50,039 nucleotides of DNA from a virus (Duplodnaviria; Caudoviricetes). The notes beneath the pieces were generated by a model. That model had not been told where the DNA came from, did no database searches, and was given only the letters and a program-made list of their open reading frames with translations. A program made the position numbers and the translations under genes. The stretch covers positions 1 to 50,039 of the IMG/VR virus record IMGVR_UViG_3300025723_001115; one strand, given 5' to 3'. This document shows, piece by piece, positions 8,579 to 18,346 of the stretch (position 1 is the stretch's first letter; the number at the start of each line of letters is the position of its first letter).

Positions 8579-10363
8579 TTACAAACGATTTGGTGGTTTT
8601 TTCTTACTTTCAGCAAATTCAGCATCTTGATCGGCAAAACTAGTGCGTTTTGACGTTTTTGATTTGAATTCGTTATTATTGAACGTAGTAGTATCCGCCG
8701 CCCCAACTGGTGCTAACTTTTGACGACCAGTCCATCCAAATTGTTTCTTAGGAATTTTATCGTATGTAACCGGAGGAATTTCCAAATTCTTAGCATCAGT
8801 ATCTGGTGCTATAAAGTTTGATTTCGGTCCTGGTAATGTAGCAGGTGTTGCTATGTTTGCGCCAGCTGATGTAGTAGCTGGTGGTTCTACTTCAGTAGGT
8901 GTAGGTTCTGCTACATCGTCTGTATTTTTTGGAATTTGTTTCTGATAGTTAAGTGTTGTTAACTCTTGTAACAAGTCCATCATTTGAACTGTGTTCCATA
9001 CCTTTGGAGGTTTAGCTTGTGTAGAACTGTATCTTATGTATAACGCAGGTTGTCCGCTATTTTTATCTATAATTCTAAGTTCAGGTCTTGGCTCTGTGCC
9101 ATCTTTAGATCTGCCTTCTCTATAAGTACATTCTAAATTTATATGTTGGTTAACTAATTTAGTTTCAAGATTTTTAAAACTATGTATAGTACTAATACCC
9201 TTAACACCTAACGCAATTAATTTAACATTAGGATCACTGTTAGTCCCGTGTTTAGTAACATAGTTGGCAATTCTAGTAACAACACCTGCTTCTTTTTTAG
9301 CATCTGCTCCTGCTAGTTGTTGTTGTATTTGTTCAACGGCAGTTTGATAAGCATCTTTCCAAAATTCAACTCTGCTAGTTATAGGAGCCGTTGGCCTAGG
9401 AATTTGAACACCGAAAGGTCCAAACAAATCATTAGCACACACCCAGATGCCCTTGTTGCCGGTCATCTTTTGTTTTTTCTCATTCCACGTTTGTTCTTTG
9501 AATGGATTGTTAATATCGCCGCCGCCTTCTTGTCCAATGTTAGCACTACCGGCTTTAAGGCTAATGTTTAAGTTGCGTAATGCTCTTCCATTAACTTTAG
9601 CTTCTACGTCTGTCTTACGATCTTTGTTTTCACTAATACCATCACTCTTAACATTAATCTCGTCTGCTTTACCATTTTTGTAAAAATGATTAGCATAATG
9701 GTCTAGTTGTCCACTATTGGCATAGTGTACTACACTAGCCATGTATGGTTGATATTTTTCCCAGAAATCAGGACTGCGTATAAATTCTTCTGTAGGGCCT
9801 TTTACACGCAAAGTAAATGTAATCAAATCAGCTACTACACTATTTTTATCGTCGACACGATATTCTAATTTAGGATTTTTCAGTACAGCATTTAATACAT
9901 TTTTAACATCGTCTTCTGTAACTGGTTCGATATTATTAGTACCGCGTTTAATTAATTTAGCTACTACTGCGGCACTTAGCACTGGTTCACTAGCATCGCC
10001 TTTATTTTCAGCTTTACTATTTTTCTGACCTTTAGCGTGAGTAAGCTGTTGTTGGATAGTCTTGTCTGGTCCAAGTACAGCAAATATTTCTCCCTGAGTA
10101 CCATTGGCTTTAGGAGGACGTTGGAAATAACGAGCATTAGATGTATCTCGACCCAATGTTATAATTGCTTTTGGTTTCTTCTTAGGAGGATTAACCCAAG
10201 TAAGATCCTCAGCTTTGTCGTAATCAGGAAAAAATTGGGCCAGCTGATCGGCTAGTTTTCCTGGTTTAAGTCCAGCAGAGCTGGGACGTACTTTATGCCC
10301 AACAGAGTAATCGCTACTGGTAAAAATACTGGCTTCTGATAATAAAATGTCAATTACACGCAT
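8579..10363 (-). CDS. Large hypothetical protein, possible PD-(D/E)xK-type nuclease and head-packaged protein
   Basis: N-terminus MRVIDILLSEA; KTDV...NISLK motif; preceded by TATAAATA. Confidence 0.45.
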   Translation of the reverse strand: MRVIDILLSEASIFTSSDYSVGHKVRPSSAGLKPGKLADQLAQFFPDYDKAEDLTWVNPPKKKPKAIITLGRDTSNARYFQRPPKANGTQGEIFAVLGPDKTIQQQLTHAKGQKNSKAENKGDASEPVLSAAVVAKLIKRGTNNIEPVTEDDVKNVLNAVLKNPKLEYRVDDKNSVVADLITFTLRVKGPTEEFIRSPDFWEKYQPYMASVVHYANSGQLDHYANHFYKNGKADEINVKSDGISENKDRKTDVEAKVNGRALRNLNISLKAGSANIGQEGGGDINNPFKEQTWNEKKQKMTGNKGIWVCANDLFGPFGVQIPRPTAPITSRVEFWKDAYQTAVEQIQQQLAGADAKKEAGVVTRIANYVTKHGTNSDPNVKLIALGVKGISTIHSFKNLETKLVNQHINLECTYREGRSKDGTEPRPELRIIDKNSGQPALYIRYSSTQAKPPKVWNTVQMMDLLQELTTLNYQKQIPKNTDDVAEPTPTEVEPPATTSAGANIATPATLPGPKSNFIAPDTDAKNLEIPPVTYDKIPKKQFGWTGRQKLAPVGAADTTTFNNNEFKSKTSKRTSFADQDAEFAESKKKPPNRL

Positions 10364-10373
10364 AGTGTAATAT

Positions 10374-11054
10374 TTATACTATTTCAGGGAACAGGCATTC
10401 CTGTATGAAAACCTTAACATCGTCTTCATCTAGCCCTAAACTAGCCATAACACGCGGTGTATGTGGGTTTTGTTTTTGATTATCACAGTAGTAATTTTGG
10501 AAACTAGTAGTGTCTAATACCGTGTTATTAGTTTCTCCCACTGCGGACAGATAATGTGCCAAGGTAGTCTTAGCCATTTCTGTAATTTGATCTAGCTCTT
10601 TTTCATCGCTAACATTACCTGCGGCAACCATGTGTTCTGTAAAGATACGCTGAGCCCAGTCGGGTAAGGCACGTGGTTTGCGCCATTCTAGTTTAGCTAC
10701 TTCACTACCAAACCATTCTATCATAGGATGAAAATGATCCCCAGCTGGACTAAAATCGTGAAAACAACCAGTCATCTTATTTTTACCGGCTACTACATCA
10801 AAACCGTAAATTGGAGCAGGGTTATGTGTATGTGGAAAGATACAGCAGTGCATCATCCAGAGTCCTTTTGTATCTCTCGCATCAACCACATCAACGTGAG
10901 CACGGCGATAAGCATCAGAAGTCCATACACGATTAATCCAACCAGGTTGGTTGAATCGATCCATTCCAGGTTCAAAGATTTCAGTGCCAGTCCTGCCAAA
11001 CTCAGTCTCCAATAAATGTTGAATATTTATTAGAGTATCCCAGACTTTACTCAT
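10374..11054 (-). CDS. pcyX: Ferredoxin-dependent bilin reductase, phage PcyX/PcyA-like
   Basis: RRAHVDVVD, GLWMMHCCIFP, PIYGFDVVAG, FHDFSP and QKQNPHTPRVM motifs. Coupled to a heme oxygenase. Confidence 0.85.
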   Translation of the reverse strand: MSKVWDTLINIQHLLETEFGRTGTEIFEPGMDRFNQPGWINRVWTSDAYRRAHVDVVDARDTKGLWMMHCCIFPHTHNPAPIYGFDVVAGKNKMTGCFHDFSPAGDHFHPMIEWFGSEVAKLEWRKPRALPDWAQRIFTEHMVAAGNVSDEKELDQITEMAKTTLAHYLSAVGETNNTVLDTTSFQNYYCDNQKQNPHTPRVMASLGLDEDDVKVFIQECLFPEIV

Positions 11055-11601
11055 CTTTGTACTCTACTAGTTCCATCATCTCTTTGAATAGTTGTGTAGC
11101 AAATTCAAAACAAATTTTAGCTTCGTCAGCCATATCATCGCTGATACGTTCGCGAATTGCGGCTTTGAGTGCTTCTGGATCTTTAAATTGATACATACGG
11201 CCACTACCTGGGACTTTCTTACTAATCATTTGTCCGCCAGCCAAATCTCCCATATGGCGTACATAAATGTGTGCCATTAATTTTTTAGGATCATCTTTAA
11301 TACTTAAAATATGTTTTAGATACTTGTCTACTACAGGAAGCATTTGCGGTTCGCCGTCTGCTTCATCGTTCCATAATTCTTGAAAATCTGCTAGAATAGC
11401 AGGAGCACGTCGTATATCAGGAAGTCCATGTAATACTTGTAACGGCATAGCACATACTTCTAATAGCTCATAACATGGATGCTGATTTTTTAGAAATGTA
11501 GCATATAGTTTAGGATTGATTGTTCCTGAAAATAATATTTTTACGAATTCCTGACGCTCGGCATTAGTGTGTGCGTCTTTGGTTAAATCACGTAGACTCA
11601 T
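11047..11601 (-). CDS. hemO: Heme oxygenase
   Basis: LRDLTKDAHTNAE (proximal His), AHIYVRHMGDLAGGQMI and EAKICFEFA motifs. Confidence 0.9.
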   Translation of the reverse strand: MSLRDLTKDAHTNAERQEFVKILFSGTINPKLYATFLKNQHPCYELLEVCAMPLQVLHGLPDIRRAPAILADFQELWNDEADGEPQMLPVVDKYLKHILSIKDDPKKLMAHIYVRHMGDLAGGQMISKKVPGSGRMYQFKDPEALKAAIRERISDDMADEAKICFEFATQLFKEMMELVEYKDE

Positions 11602-11900
11602 TCTTCTTCCAATTTAATTTGTAATGGGTGGCCTGCTATTCGACTTTGATTAGTTGCTTCAACAGCTTTCGCTTCGGCAATTTCAAAACTGTATATACCA
11701 GCAACACCGCTACCTGTCTCGTGGACTTGTAACATGATATCCTTAGCTGCCGATTCGGTATGTTTAAAGACTTCTACAAGTAGGCCTATAACAAATTCCA
11801 TTGGAGTAGTGTCATCGTTTAAAAGAATTACTTTCCAACGTCGAGGTTCTGTTATAACTACTTTTACTTTTTCATCAATTGTTACTTCTGTACTTGACAT
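11598..11900 (-). CDS. clpS: ATP-dependent Clp protease adaptor ClpS
   Basis: KVILLNDDTTPMEFV, MLQVHETG and HPLQIKLE motifs. Confidence 0.93.
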   Translation of the reverse strand: MSSTEVTIDEKVKVVITEPRRWKVILLNDDTTPMEFVIGLLVEVFKHTESAAKDIMLQVHETGSGVAGIYSFEIAEAKAVEATNQSRIAGHPLQIKLEEE

Positions 11901-11920
11901 GTGAGCTCTTTTTATTAAGT

Positions 11921-11938
11921 GGGGGAGTTGCCTCCCCC
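11921..11938 (-). terminator. GC hairpin after hsp20 (terminator or stability element)
   Basis: GGGGGAG-GCAA-CTCCCCC on the minus strand; the U-tract is weak. Confidence 0.5.
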
Positions 11939-11944
11939 GGTTGA

Positions 11945-12376
11945 TTATTTAACTTTAATAGTACGTGGTTTCAAAGATTCTGGAACAATACGTTCGATGC
12001 TAATGATCAACATACCATCCTTAACTTCAGCATCTTTAACTTCCATGTATTCTGCCAAGGTCCATGTTTGTTCAAAATCACGGCTAGCTAGTCCACGATG
12101 TAAATATTCTTTACTTTCGTTTACTACTTCACCTTGTGTGCCACGAACAACCAATTGATCTTGGTCTACTTCAACAGTAATTTCATCTTTACTGAAACCT
12201 GCCACTGCTACTTCGATAGCATACTCTTTATCACTATACTTCACAATGTTATGTGGAGGATAGTTTCCGTTTGCTTGTTGTAAGCGTTGATTAAAAATTT
12301 GATCAAAGCCTACTAGTGCTCTGCTGATTTGAGCTAGATCAGCTGGGTTTATTGCTCTCAATTGCATTGTTGCCAT
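11945..12376 (-). CDS. ibpA: Small heat shock protein Hsp20 (IbpA-like)
   Basis: NYPPHNI, IEVAVAGF, YLHRGLASRDF and DGMLII motifs. Confidence 0.92.
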   Translation of the reverse strand: MATMQLRAINPADLAQISRALVGFDQIFNQRLQQANGNYPPHNIVKYSDKEYAIEVAVAGFSKDEITVEVDQDQLVVRGTQGEVVNESKEYLHRGLASRDFEQTWTLAEYMEVKDAEVKDGMLIISIERIVPESLKPRTIKVK

Positions 12377-12434
12377 TTTGTTTATCTCCTTATATTAAGC
12401 AAGAATGTGTAGGGCCCGACTATCGGCACCCTAC
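12377..12434 (-). promoter_or_regulatory. ROSE-like RNA thermometer in the hsp20 leader
   Basis: A 5' hairpin GTAGGG...CCCTAC, then TCTTGCTT-AATAT-AAGGAG, i.e. UUGCU paired to the SD with a bulged G. Confidence 0.7.
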
Positions 12435-12446
12435 GTTACTATTGTA

Positions 12447-14351
12447 TTACTCTTTCGAGTCTTTGTCAACTTCTGTGAAGCTCGCATCTACAGTTTGTTC
12501 AGCTGGTTGAGCTGGTGTTTCGGCTGTAGTAGATTCAGCGGCTTGTTTCTTAGCCATTACTGGACCTGCGGATTCAAAGAATGATTCGACTGATTTCTGA
12601 ATAGCATCTTTGTCTTCGCCAGCACAGGCTGTTTCAACTGCCTTAACTGCGTCGTCAAACTTAGTGCGTTCATCTTCAGTCAATTGATCTTTGTACGTTT
12701 CATAGTCTTTCTTGATACTGTGTACAGTACCTTCAGCTTGATTGCGTGCATTGATCAGTTCGGCTGCCTTCTTATCTGCTTCAGCATTTTCTTCTGCTTC
12801 GCGAACCATACGTTGGATCTCAGCATCTGTTAAGCCTGAATCAGACTTGATAGTAATCTTGTTTTCTTTGCCAGTATTTTTATCTTTGGCACTTACATTC
12901 AAGATACCGTTAGCATCGATGTCTAGTGTAACTTCAATTTGTGGTACACCGCGTGGTGCTGGGTTGATACCTTCCAAATTAAACTCACCTAGTAATTTGT
13001 TATACTTAAACAATTCACGTTCACCTTGTGCTACTTTAATAGTAACAGCTGGTTGATTGTCATCTGCTGTTGAGAAAACTTGTGAATGTTTAGTTGGGAT
13101 TGTTGTGTTCTTAGAAATCAACTTGGTCATAACACCGCCCATTGTTTCAATACCCAATGTTAATGGAGTAACGTCTAACAATAGAACGTCTGTCTTGTCG
13201 CCAGCTAGAACAGCACCTTGTACTGCGGCACCTGCGGCAACTGCTTCGTCTGGGTTAACGTCCTTACGTGGAGCCTTACCAAATAGTTTCTCAACTGCTT
13301 CTTGTACTTTAGGCATACGTGTTTGTCCACCAACTAGGATAACTTCGTCGATGTCTGCGGCAGTAACCTTAGCATCTTGCATAGCAATCTTACATGGCTC
13401 GATTGAACGCTCAATTAATTTCTCAACCATTTGTTCAAACTTAGCACGGCTAATTGTTACGTTCATGTGCTTAGGACCGCTTGCGTCTGCTGTAACATAT
13501 GGCAAGTTAACACTAGTAGATTGGCTTGAAGATAATTCAATCTTAGCCTTTTCTGCGGCTTCTTTCAAACGCTGTAATGCTAATACGTCTGACTTAAGAT
13601 CAATACCGTTATCTTTCTTAAACTCGTCTACCAAATAGTCCATTAGAACTTGGTCAAAGTCTTCACCGCCTAGGAATGTATCGCCGTTTGTCGATAGGAC
13701 TTCAATTTGCTTGTCGCCATCGATGTTGGCAATTTCAATAATTGAAATATCAAATGTACCACCACCTAAGTCGTATACAGCAATCTTACGATCCTTCTTG
13801 TCTGCTTTGTCAACACCATATGCTAGTGCGGCCGCTGTCGGCTCGTTGATAATACGTAGAACTTCTAAGCCGGCAATTTTACCTGCGTCCTTAGTTGCTT
13901 GACGTTGGCTATCGTTAAAGTAAGCTGGAACCGTGATAACTGCTTGAGTTACTGTTTCACCTAGATAGTCTTCAGCAGTCTTTTTCATTTTGCGAAGTAC
14001 TTCAGCTGAAACTTGTTGAGGTGCTAGTTTTTCGCCATTAGCTTCGATCCATGCGTCTCCATTGTCTGCTTTGACAATAGTGTATGGCATCAAATCGATG
14101 TCTTTTTGTACTTCTTTTTCTTCAAACTTACGTCCAATAAGACGCTTGCTTGCGTAAATTGTATTCTTTGGGTTTGTGACTGCTTGTCGTTTTGCTGTTG
14201 CGCCAACTAGGATCTCGTCCTTTGTATACGCAATAATTGATGGTGTTGTACGTGCGCCTTCGCTATTTTCAATAACTTTTGCTACTCCATTTTCTAGGAT
14301 AGCTACGCAACTGTTTGTTGTACCTAAGTCGATACCGATGATTTTGCTCAT
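12447..14351 (-). CDS. dnaK: Chaperone DnaK (Hsp70)
   Basis: [17 protein letters not shown] and LVGGQTRMP motifs; full length. Confidence 0.98.
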   Translation of the reverse strand: MSKIIGIDLGTTNSCVAILENGVAKVIENSEGARTTPSIIAYTKDEILVGATAKRQAVTNPKNTIYASKRLIGRKFEEKEVQKDIDLMPYTIVKADNGDAWIEANGEKLAPQQVSAEVLRKMKKTAEDYLGETVTQAVITVPAYFNDSQRQATKDAGKIAGLEVLRIINEPTAAALAYGVDKADKKDRKIAVYDLGGGTFDISIIEIANIDGDKQIEVLSTNGDTFLGGEDFDQVLMDYLVDEFKKDNGIDLKSDVLALQRLKEAAEKAKIELSSSQSTSVNLPYVTADASGPKHMNVTISRAKFEQMVEKLIERSIEPCKIAMQDAKVTAADIDEVILVGGQTRMPKVQEAVEKLFGKAPRKDVNPDEAVAAGAAVQGAVLAGDKTDVLLLDVTPLTLGIETMGGVMTKLISKNTTIPTKHSQVFSTADDNQPAVTIKVAQGERELFKYNKLLGEFNLEGINPAPRGVPQIEVTLDIDANGILNVSAKDKNTGKENKITIKSDSGLTDAEIQRMVREAEENAEADKKAAELINARNQAEGTVHSIKKDYETYKDQLTEDERTKFDDAVKAVETACAGEDKDAIQKSVESFFESAGPVMAKKQAAESTTAETPAQPAEQTVDASFTEVDKDSKE

Positions 14352-14414
14352 AATATAATCTCCTTTTAATTAAGCAAGAAATTTGTGTAGGCCCTAACGG
14401 CGCTCTACAAATTT
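14352..14414 (-). promoter_or_regulatory. ROSE-like RNA thermometer in the dnaK leader
   Basis: A hairpin AAATTTGTAG...CTACACAAATTT, then TCTTGCTT-AATTAA-AAGGAG. Confidence 0.65.
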
Positions 14415-14430
14415 ATTTATCTCTGACAAA

Positions 14431-15165
14431 TTATTCTTTTACATTTTCGAATATAAATTCTGCTTCCGGAATACGTGTTTTTGTATTTTTACTACCCAGC
14501 ACAATTACTATTCTTTTGCCTATTTCTGTATCCAACATCATTACTATACATCCGCCGCTGGCATTAATATAGCCTGTTTTGCTTACTATAAATTTATGCC
14601 TTTTGCCTATGATAGGGTTGGTATTGTGAAACACTAGCCATTTTTTACGTATTTTTATTTTAACTTCGCTAGTTTCTGCCGCATGGTTTATTTCCGGGTA
14701 GCTACTTGCGGCCTGTACTAATTTTATTAAATCTGTAGCAGTACTAACATTCATTATACTTAATCCCGTAGGTTCTACAAAATTAGTATTGGGCATATTA
14801 AGCATTCTTGCTTTAATATTCATGGCTCTAATACATTCGGATTTGCCGCCGGTGTAAGCTTCGCATAACATTTCTGCGGCACGATTATCCGATCGCACAA
14901 GAGCCAAGTCTATTAACTGTTGGCGAGTGAATCCTTTATAGGTTTCATTTAGGCTTGTTTGTTGATCAAGGACCACCATTACAGTCATTAGTTTGCTAAC
15001 ACTAGCAATACTACGCTGTTGCTCTATATTATATCCCTGAATTACTTTGCCAGACTCATCGGCTACTAGCCAGCTTTTAGCTGTAACTTTTGGCCAATCA
15101 AATGCGTAACTATGAAAACTGACAAATAATCCTAAGAGGATTACAAGTTTTCGATAGTTGACCAT
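14431..15165 (-). CDS. D-alanyl-D-alanine carboxy/endopeptidase (peptidase S11, PBP7-like)
   Basis: SxxK (SVSK), SDN and KTG motifs; signal peptide. Confidence 0.9.
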   Translation of the reverse strand: MVNYRKLVILLGLFVSFHSYAFDWPKVTAKSWLVADESGKVIQGYNIEQQRSIASVSKLMTVMVVLDQQTSLNETYKGFTRQQLIDLALVRSDNRAAEMLCEAYTGGKSECIRAMNIKARMLNMPNTNFVEPTGLSIMNVSTATDLIKLVQAASSYPEINHAAETSEVKIKIRKKWLVFHNTNPIIGKRHKFIVSKTGYINASGGCIVMMLDTEIGKRIVIVLGSKNTKTRIPEAEFIFENVKE

Positions 15166-15416
15166 TTTTTAAGTTTTTCTCTTTTGTTTAAAGCCGCTTG
15201 CTCGATATTTGTCCAACTAATAACATCCATCTCTTGAAGAATTTCGATCATAGCGTATAAGTCGCCTAGCTCTTCTTCTAAATGTTCACGATTGGTTTTT
15301 GGCTTGCCTGGTTTTAAATTATCAATTCCAAAACGATGGCATTTACTAATTGCTTGAATTACTTCAGCACATTCTTCAGAAAGAATGTTCATTACTTCGC
15401 GTTCTTGACTATTCAT
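15141..15416 (-). CDS. MazG-like nucleotide pyrophosphohydrolase
   Basis: EECAEVIQA and LEEELGDL motifs. Confidence 0.85.
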   Translation of the reverse strand: MNSQEREVMNILSEECAEVIQAISKCHRFGIDNLKPGKPKTNREHLEEELGDLYAMIEILQEMDVISWTNIEQAALNKREKLKKWSTIENL

Positions 15417-15592
15417 AAGTATTTTAAAAACTCCGCTTCTGATAAAAGTTGTCTTAGTTGAGGAATAATTTTAGCATCTACTTGATACCACAAATCTTTA
15501 GCAGTTCCGTTAGTACAGCAAAAACATAGTAGACCATCTCGTAGTTCTACCTTCATATATACTTCACCATTGGGTTTAATTATTTCTCTCAT
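15413..15592 (-). CDS. Small hypothetical protein (59 aa)
   Basis: MREIIKPNGEVYMKVELRDGLLCFCC...KYL*. ATGA overlaps at both ends. Confidence 0.7.
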   Translation of the reverse strand: MREIIKPNGEVYMKVELRDGLLCFCCTNGTAKDLWYQVDAKIIPQLRQLLSEAEFLKYL

Positions 15593-16170
15593 CTCTGATT
15601 AGCGAAAGGCGCAATATATTTGCCTTCTGATGTTGTACTAGTTCTCAATGTATTATAAACATTTTGAATACCAACTGCTTGATTCCAAGCATCCTCTAAA
15701 GCATGGTGAGCGGTTACTGGTGGGCGTTGTGGATTAATTCCTAAATCGAACGCTGTTCGAACATCACGTACTTCCCAAAACTTCCACGGAATTGCTTTGT
15801 TAATTTTACGGAACACATGTTCACAAATGATAATATCAAAACAACTACCATTTGACCAAACACGTTTAGCACCCCAGCAGAATTTATACAGTTGATTAAA
15901 TGCGTCAACAATATCAATTCTTCCTTCGGGATCAAAAGCCGCATCCTGGGCTTCTTTACTTTGACTAGCCCACCAAGCGATTGTATCATCGTTAGTAGTT
16001 AGTCCTATCCTATCGCAACTGTCCAAATCTACTTTAACATAGAAACTGTCCATTTTAGGTTCGGATACTTCTCTGCCAAATGGGTCAAACTTAACTGCCC
16101 CAATTGTTAAAATACTAGCATCTGGTGTAGTATTAAGTGTTTCTAAGTCAATCATAATATCTGTATTCAT
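15589..16170 (-). CDS. DEDDh 3'-5' exonuclease/exoribonuclease
   Basis: MIDLETL, WSNGSCFD, RDVRT and HHALEDA motifs. Confidence 0.85.
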   Translation of the reverse strand: MNTDIMIDLETLNTTPDASILTIGAVKFDPFGREVSEPKMDSFYVKVDLDSCDRIGLTTNDDTIAWWASQSKEAQDAAFDPEGRIDIVDAFNQLYKFCWGAKRVWSNGSCFDIIICEHVFRKINKAIPWKFWEVRDVRTAFDLGINPQRPPVTAHHALEDAWNQAVGIQNVYNTLRTSTTSEGKYIAPFANQR

Positions 16171-16176
16171 ACACAT

Positions 16177-16205
16177 ATTATAGCATCAACTTATTATAAT
16201 GTCAA
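16177..16205 (-). promoter_or_regulatory. Consensus sigma70 promoter
   Basis: TTGACA-17 bp-TATAAT with an extended TGn. Confidence 0.85.
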
Positions 16206-16435
16206 TACAATTTTGGTGGTAATTGCTGGTCTCTGAGCTTTTTATTCCAACGTGCCTTAGCCGCACCTTTCTTACGCTTACGTTCAGTAGTAGGCTTTTC
16301 GTAGAATTCTTTGGCTCTTAATGTGTCCAAAGTTCCAGCCTCTTCTATTTTACGTTTAAATCTACGTAAGGCTTGGTTGATGTTTTCACCGTCTTTAACG
16401 GTAACACCTGTGCCCTTACTCTTCTGATACGCCAT
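16202..16435 (-). CDS. rpsU: Ribosomal protein bS21
   Basis: [18 protein letters not shown]...[15 protein letters not shown]. Confidence 0.93.
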   Translation of the reverse strand: MAYQKSKGTGVTVKDGENINQALRRFKRKIEEAGTLDTLRAKEFYEKPTTERKRKKGAAKARWNKKLRDQQLPPKLY

Positions 16436-16829
16436 TATCATCGTCCTCTTCGTTTATAATTTTTTCTACAATCCAATCCAAATTGTATATACGATTTTTA
16501 CTTATCAAGTTATATGGAGTAACATCGTCTTTAGTTATATAGTAAGCATTGGGTTGTGATATGATAAAAGTGACAAATTTTTGTGTCATAGTATCACAGT
16601 TATCCACATCAATAATGACGCAATCAACTTGGTGTGCTATACTTAATAGCCAGCTCATATCTGTATCATCATTATCAAATACAAATACGTTCAGATCATC
16701 TATACTTTGACTTAGTATAGTTTGAAATTGTTCCTTTACTGTGTTACTTGGCTTAATTAAAAGATAAGCCAAATTCATATTGAACAATTTATCTGGTGGA
16801 GTTATCAGGGTTATTTTTCCTAAGTTCAT
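16416..16829 (-). CDS. Hypothetical protein
   Basis: Long ORF overlapping both neighbours. Confidence 0.7.
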   Translation of the reverse strand: MNLGKITLITPPDKLFNMNLAYLLIKPSNTVKEQFQTILSQSIDDLNVFVFDNDDTDMSWLLSIAHQVDCVIIDVDNCDTMTQKFVTFIISQPNAYYITKDDVTPYNLISKNRIYNLDWIVEKIINEEDDDNGVSEE

Positions 16830-18333
16830 GTATACGCTCTTCAAAATATGCTATTTTTTCTTCTGGGTAATCACTAAATTTTGGACCATGTAATTTAGTT
16901 TCTTGTACAAAATTATATAACTCAGGTTCTGTAGTTTCGTCTACAACAAAGTCATCAAATTCGTGATCACCGTATTCTTTATATAACTGGTCTATTGGTC
17001 TTATACCAACTAATCTAGACCATAGTCTACCTGTGCTTTGTTCCGAATTTTGTACGTAGGTTATTGGTCCCTCGTCTTTGTTTGTATCTGACCCGTAGGG
17101 TCTTTGATCATATAAGTCTTTTTTTTTTGATTCGTCTATAGGAAAATCTGGTTCAGGTAAAGTTGCTTCAGTTGGAGTTTCTTTACCTTCGCTATCGATA
17201 TAAGACTGTCCAGTAGCTAATCTTTCTTCAACTGTAGTTTCTTGTTTAGCTACTTCCTTTTCCGCTTCTTCTATCATGCGGTTCCATTTATCTAATTCAG
17301 AAATAGTTTCACCAGAATCAGCTGTTAATTCTTCGGGTTTATGTACTTCAAATTCTGGACCAGTTTGTATCCACTCGCCGCCCGGAGATCGTACACCTTC
17401 GAAATCTTTTACAGTAGGAATTACAATGTCTTCGACTGATGTAATAATACTAGGAACTTTAGCTGGTTCAACTGGAGGTGCTTCTGGATCTGTTGCTTGC
17501 TCTAACTCTTCTGGTGTAGGTTTCTCGCCAACAAATGTATCCAACTCAGCAATAGTAGGTTGGTCGTCTTCTTTTTGTTCTCTTGCCCAACCAAATGTCA
17601 TTTGACTAGCAAGTAACATAATAACTGCTAATGGGTCAAAGACAATAACAATAAGAATAATGATCCATGTAACTGCTTGTTCAAGTAATGACGCATCTGG
17701 ATTAGTGCCATAAATGAACGCCGCAATATACTTAATAGGTCCAACTTCGGCTTCAACCTTTCTGTTTTCAGCACGGATTGGCGCCGATTCGTCGTTGAGT
17801 TGACTAATCACTTTCTGATTAGTTTCGATATCTTTAGCAAGTGATACCCTATCTTTTTGTTGTGATTTACGAACAGCGTTGGCTTTATCGGCACCTTTTT
17901 CATCAGCTGAACGAGACATGATTTGGTCTACTGCTTCGTCCATTTGTTTGAGTTGCTTACGATCAGCTTCGATATTTTCTTTGGCTGTCTTTATCTTTTC
18001 ATCGTAAATTGCTAGTTTGCTTTGTACATCGCCCGACACTAGATTTTGATCGTTGTGTGCTTTTGACAGGAATCCAAAGATACCCATAGAGGTAATCAAC
18101 ATGAGAACTACAACCGCTATGCTCATGTAAATTTTCATAAAGCGTGGAACACGTTCCCAATTGGCTTTTAGCCAAGAGGCGCAGACAAGTTTGCCAACTT
18201 CTAGAGCTGACCCCATTATAATAATTGGAATCACCGCCGCAGAAAATATAGCGGTCAAACCTACTACAGAGTAGTAAATTGCGACCGCCGATATTGTTAA
18301 ACCTGTTAGTAGTAATAGATACGCTAGTATCAT
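16789..18333 (-). CDS. Membrane protein with coiled coil and acidic tail; contains an A10 run
   Basis: Three N-terminal TM helices, a coiled coil, another TM helix and an acidic C-terminus. Confidence 0.75.
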   Translation of the reverse strand: MILAYLLLLTGLTISAVAIYYSVVGLTAIFSAAVIPIIIMGSALEVGKLVCASWLKANWERVPRFMKIYMSIAVVVLMLITSMGIFGFLSKAHNDQNLVSGDVQSKLAIYDEKIKTAKENIEADRKQLKQMDEAVDQIMSRSADEKGADKANAVRKSQQKDRVSLAKDIETNQKVISQLNDESAPIRAENRKVEAEVGPIKYIAAFIYGTNPDASLLEQAVTWIIILIVIVFDPLAVIMLLASQMTFGWAREQKEDDQPTIAELDTFVGEKPTPEELEQATDPEAPPVEPAKVPSIITSVEDIVIPTVKDFEGVRSPGGEWIQTGPEFEVHKPEELTADSGETISELDKWNRMIEEAEKEVAKQETTVEERLATGQSYIDSEGKETPTEATLPEPDFPIDESKKKDLYDQRPYGSDTNKDEGPITYVQNSEQSTGRLWSRLVGIRPIDQLYKEYGDHEFDDFVVDETTEPELYNFVQETKLHGPKFSDYPEEKIAYFEERIHELRKNNPDNSTR

Positions 18334-18346
18334 TGGTGCCTTTCGT

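Noticed and set aside
12742-14358. Long plus-strand ORFs antisense to dnaK (and similar ones opposite other genes)
   Set aside because: These are typical antisense open frames arising from codon bias, with no SD or protein motifs.
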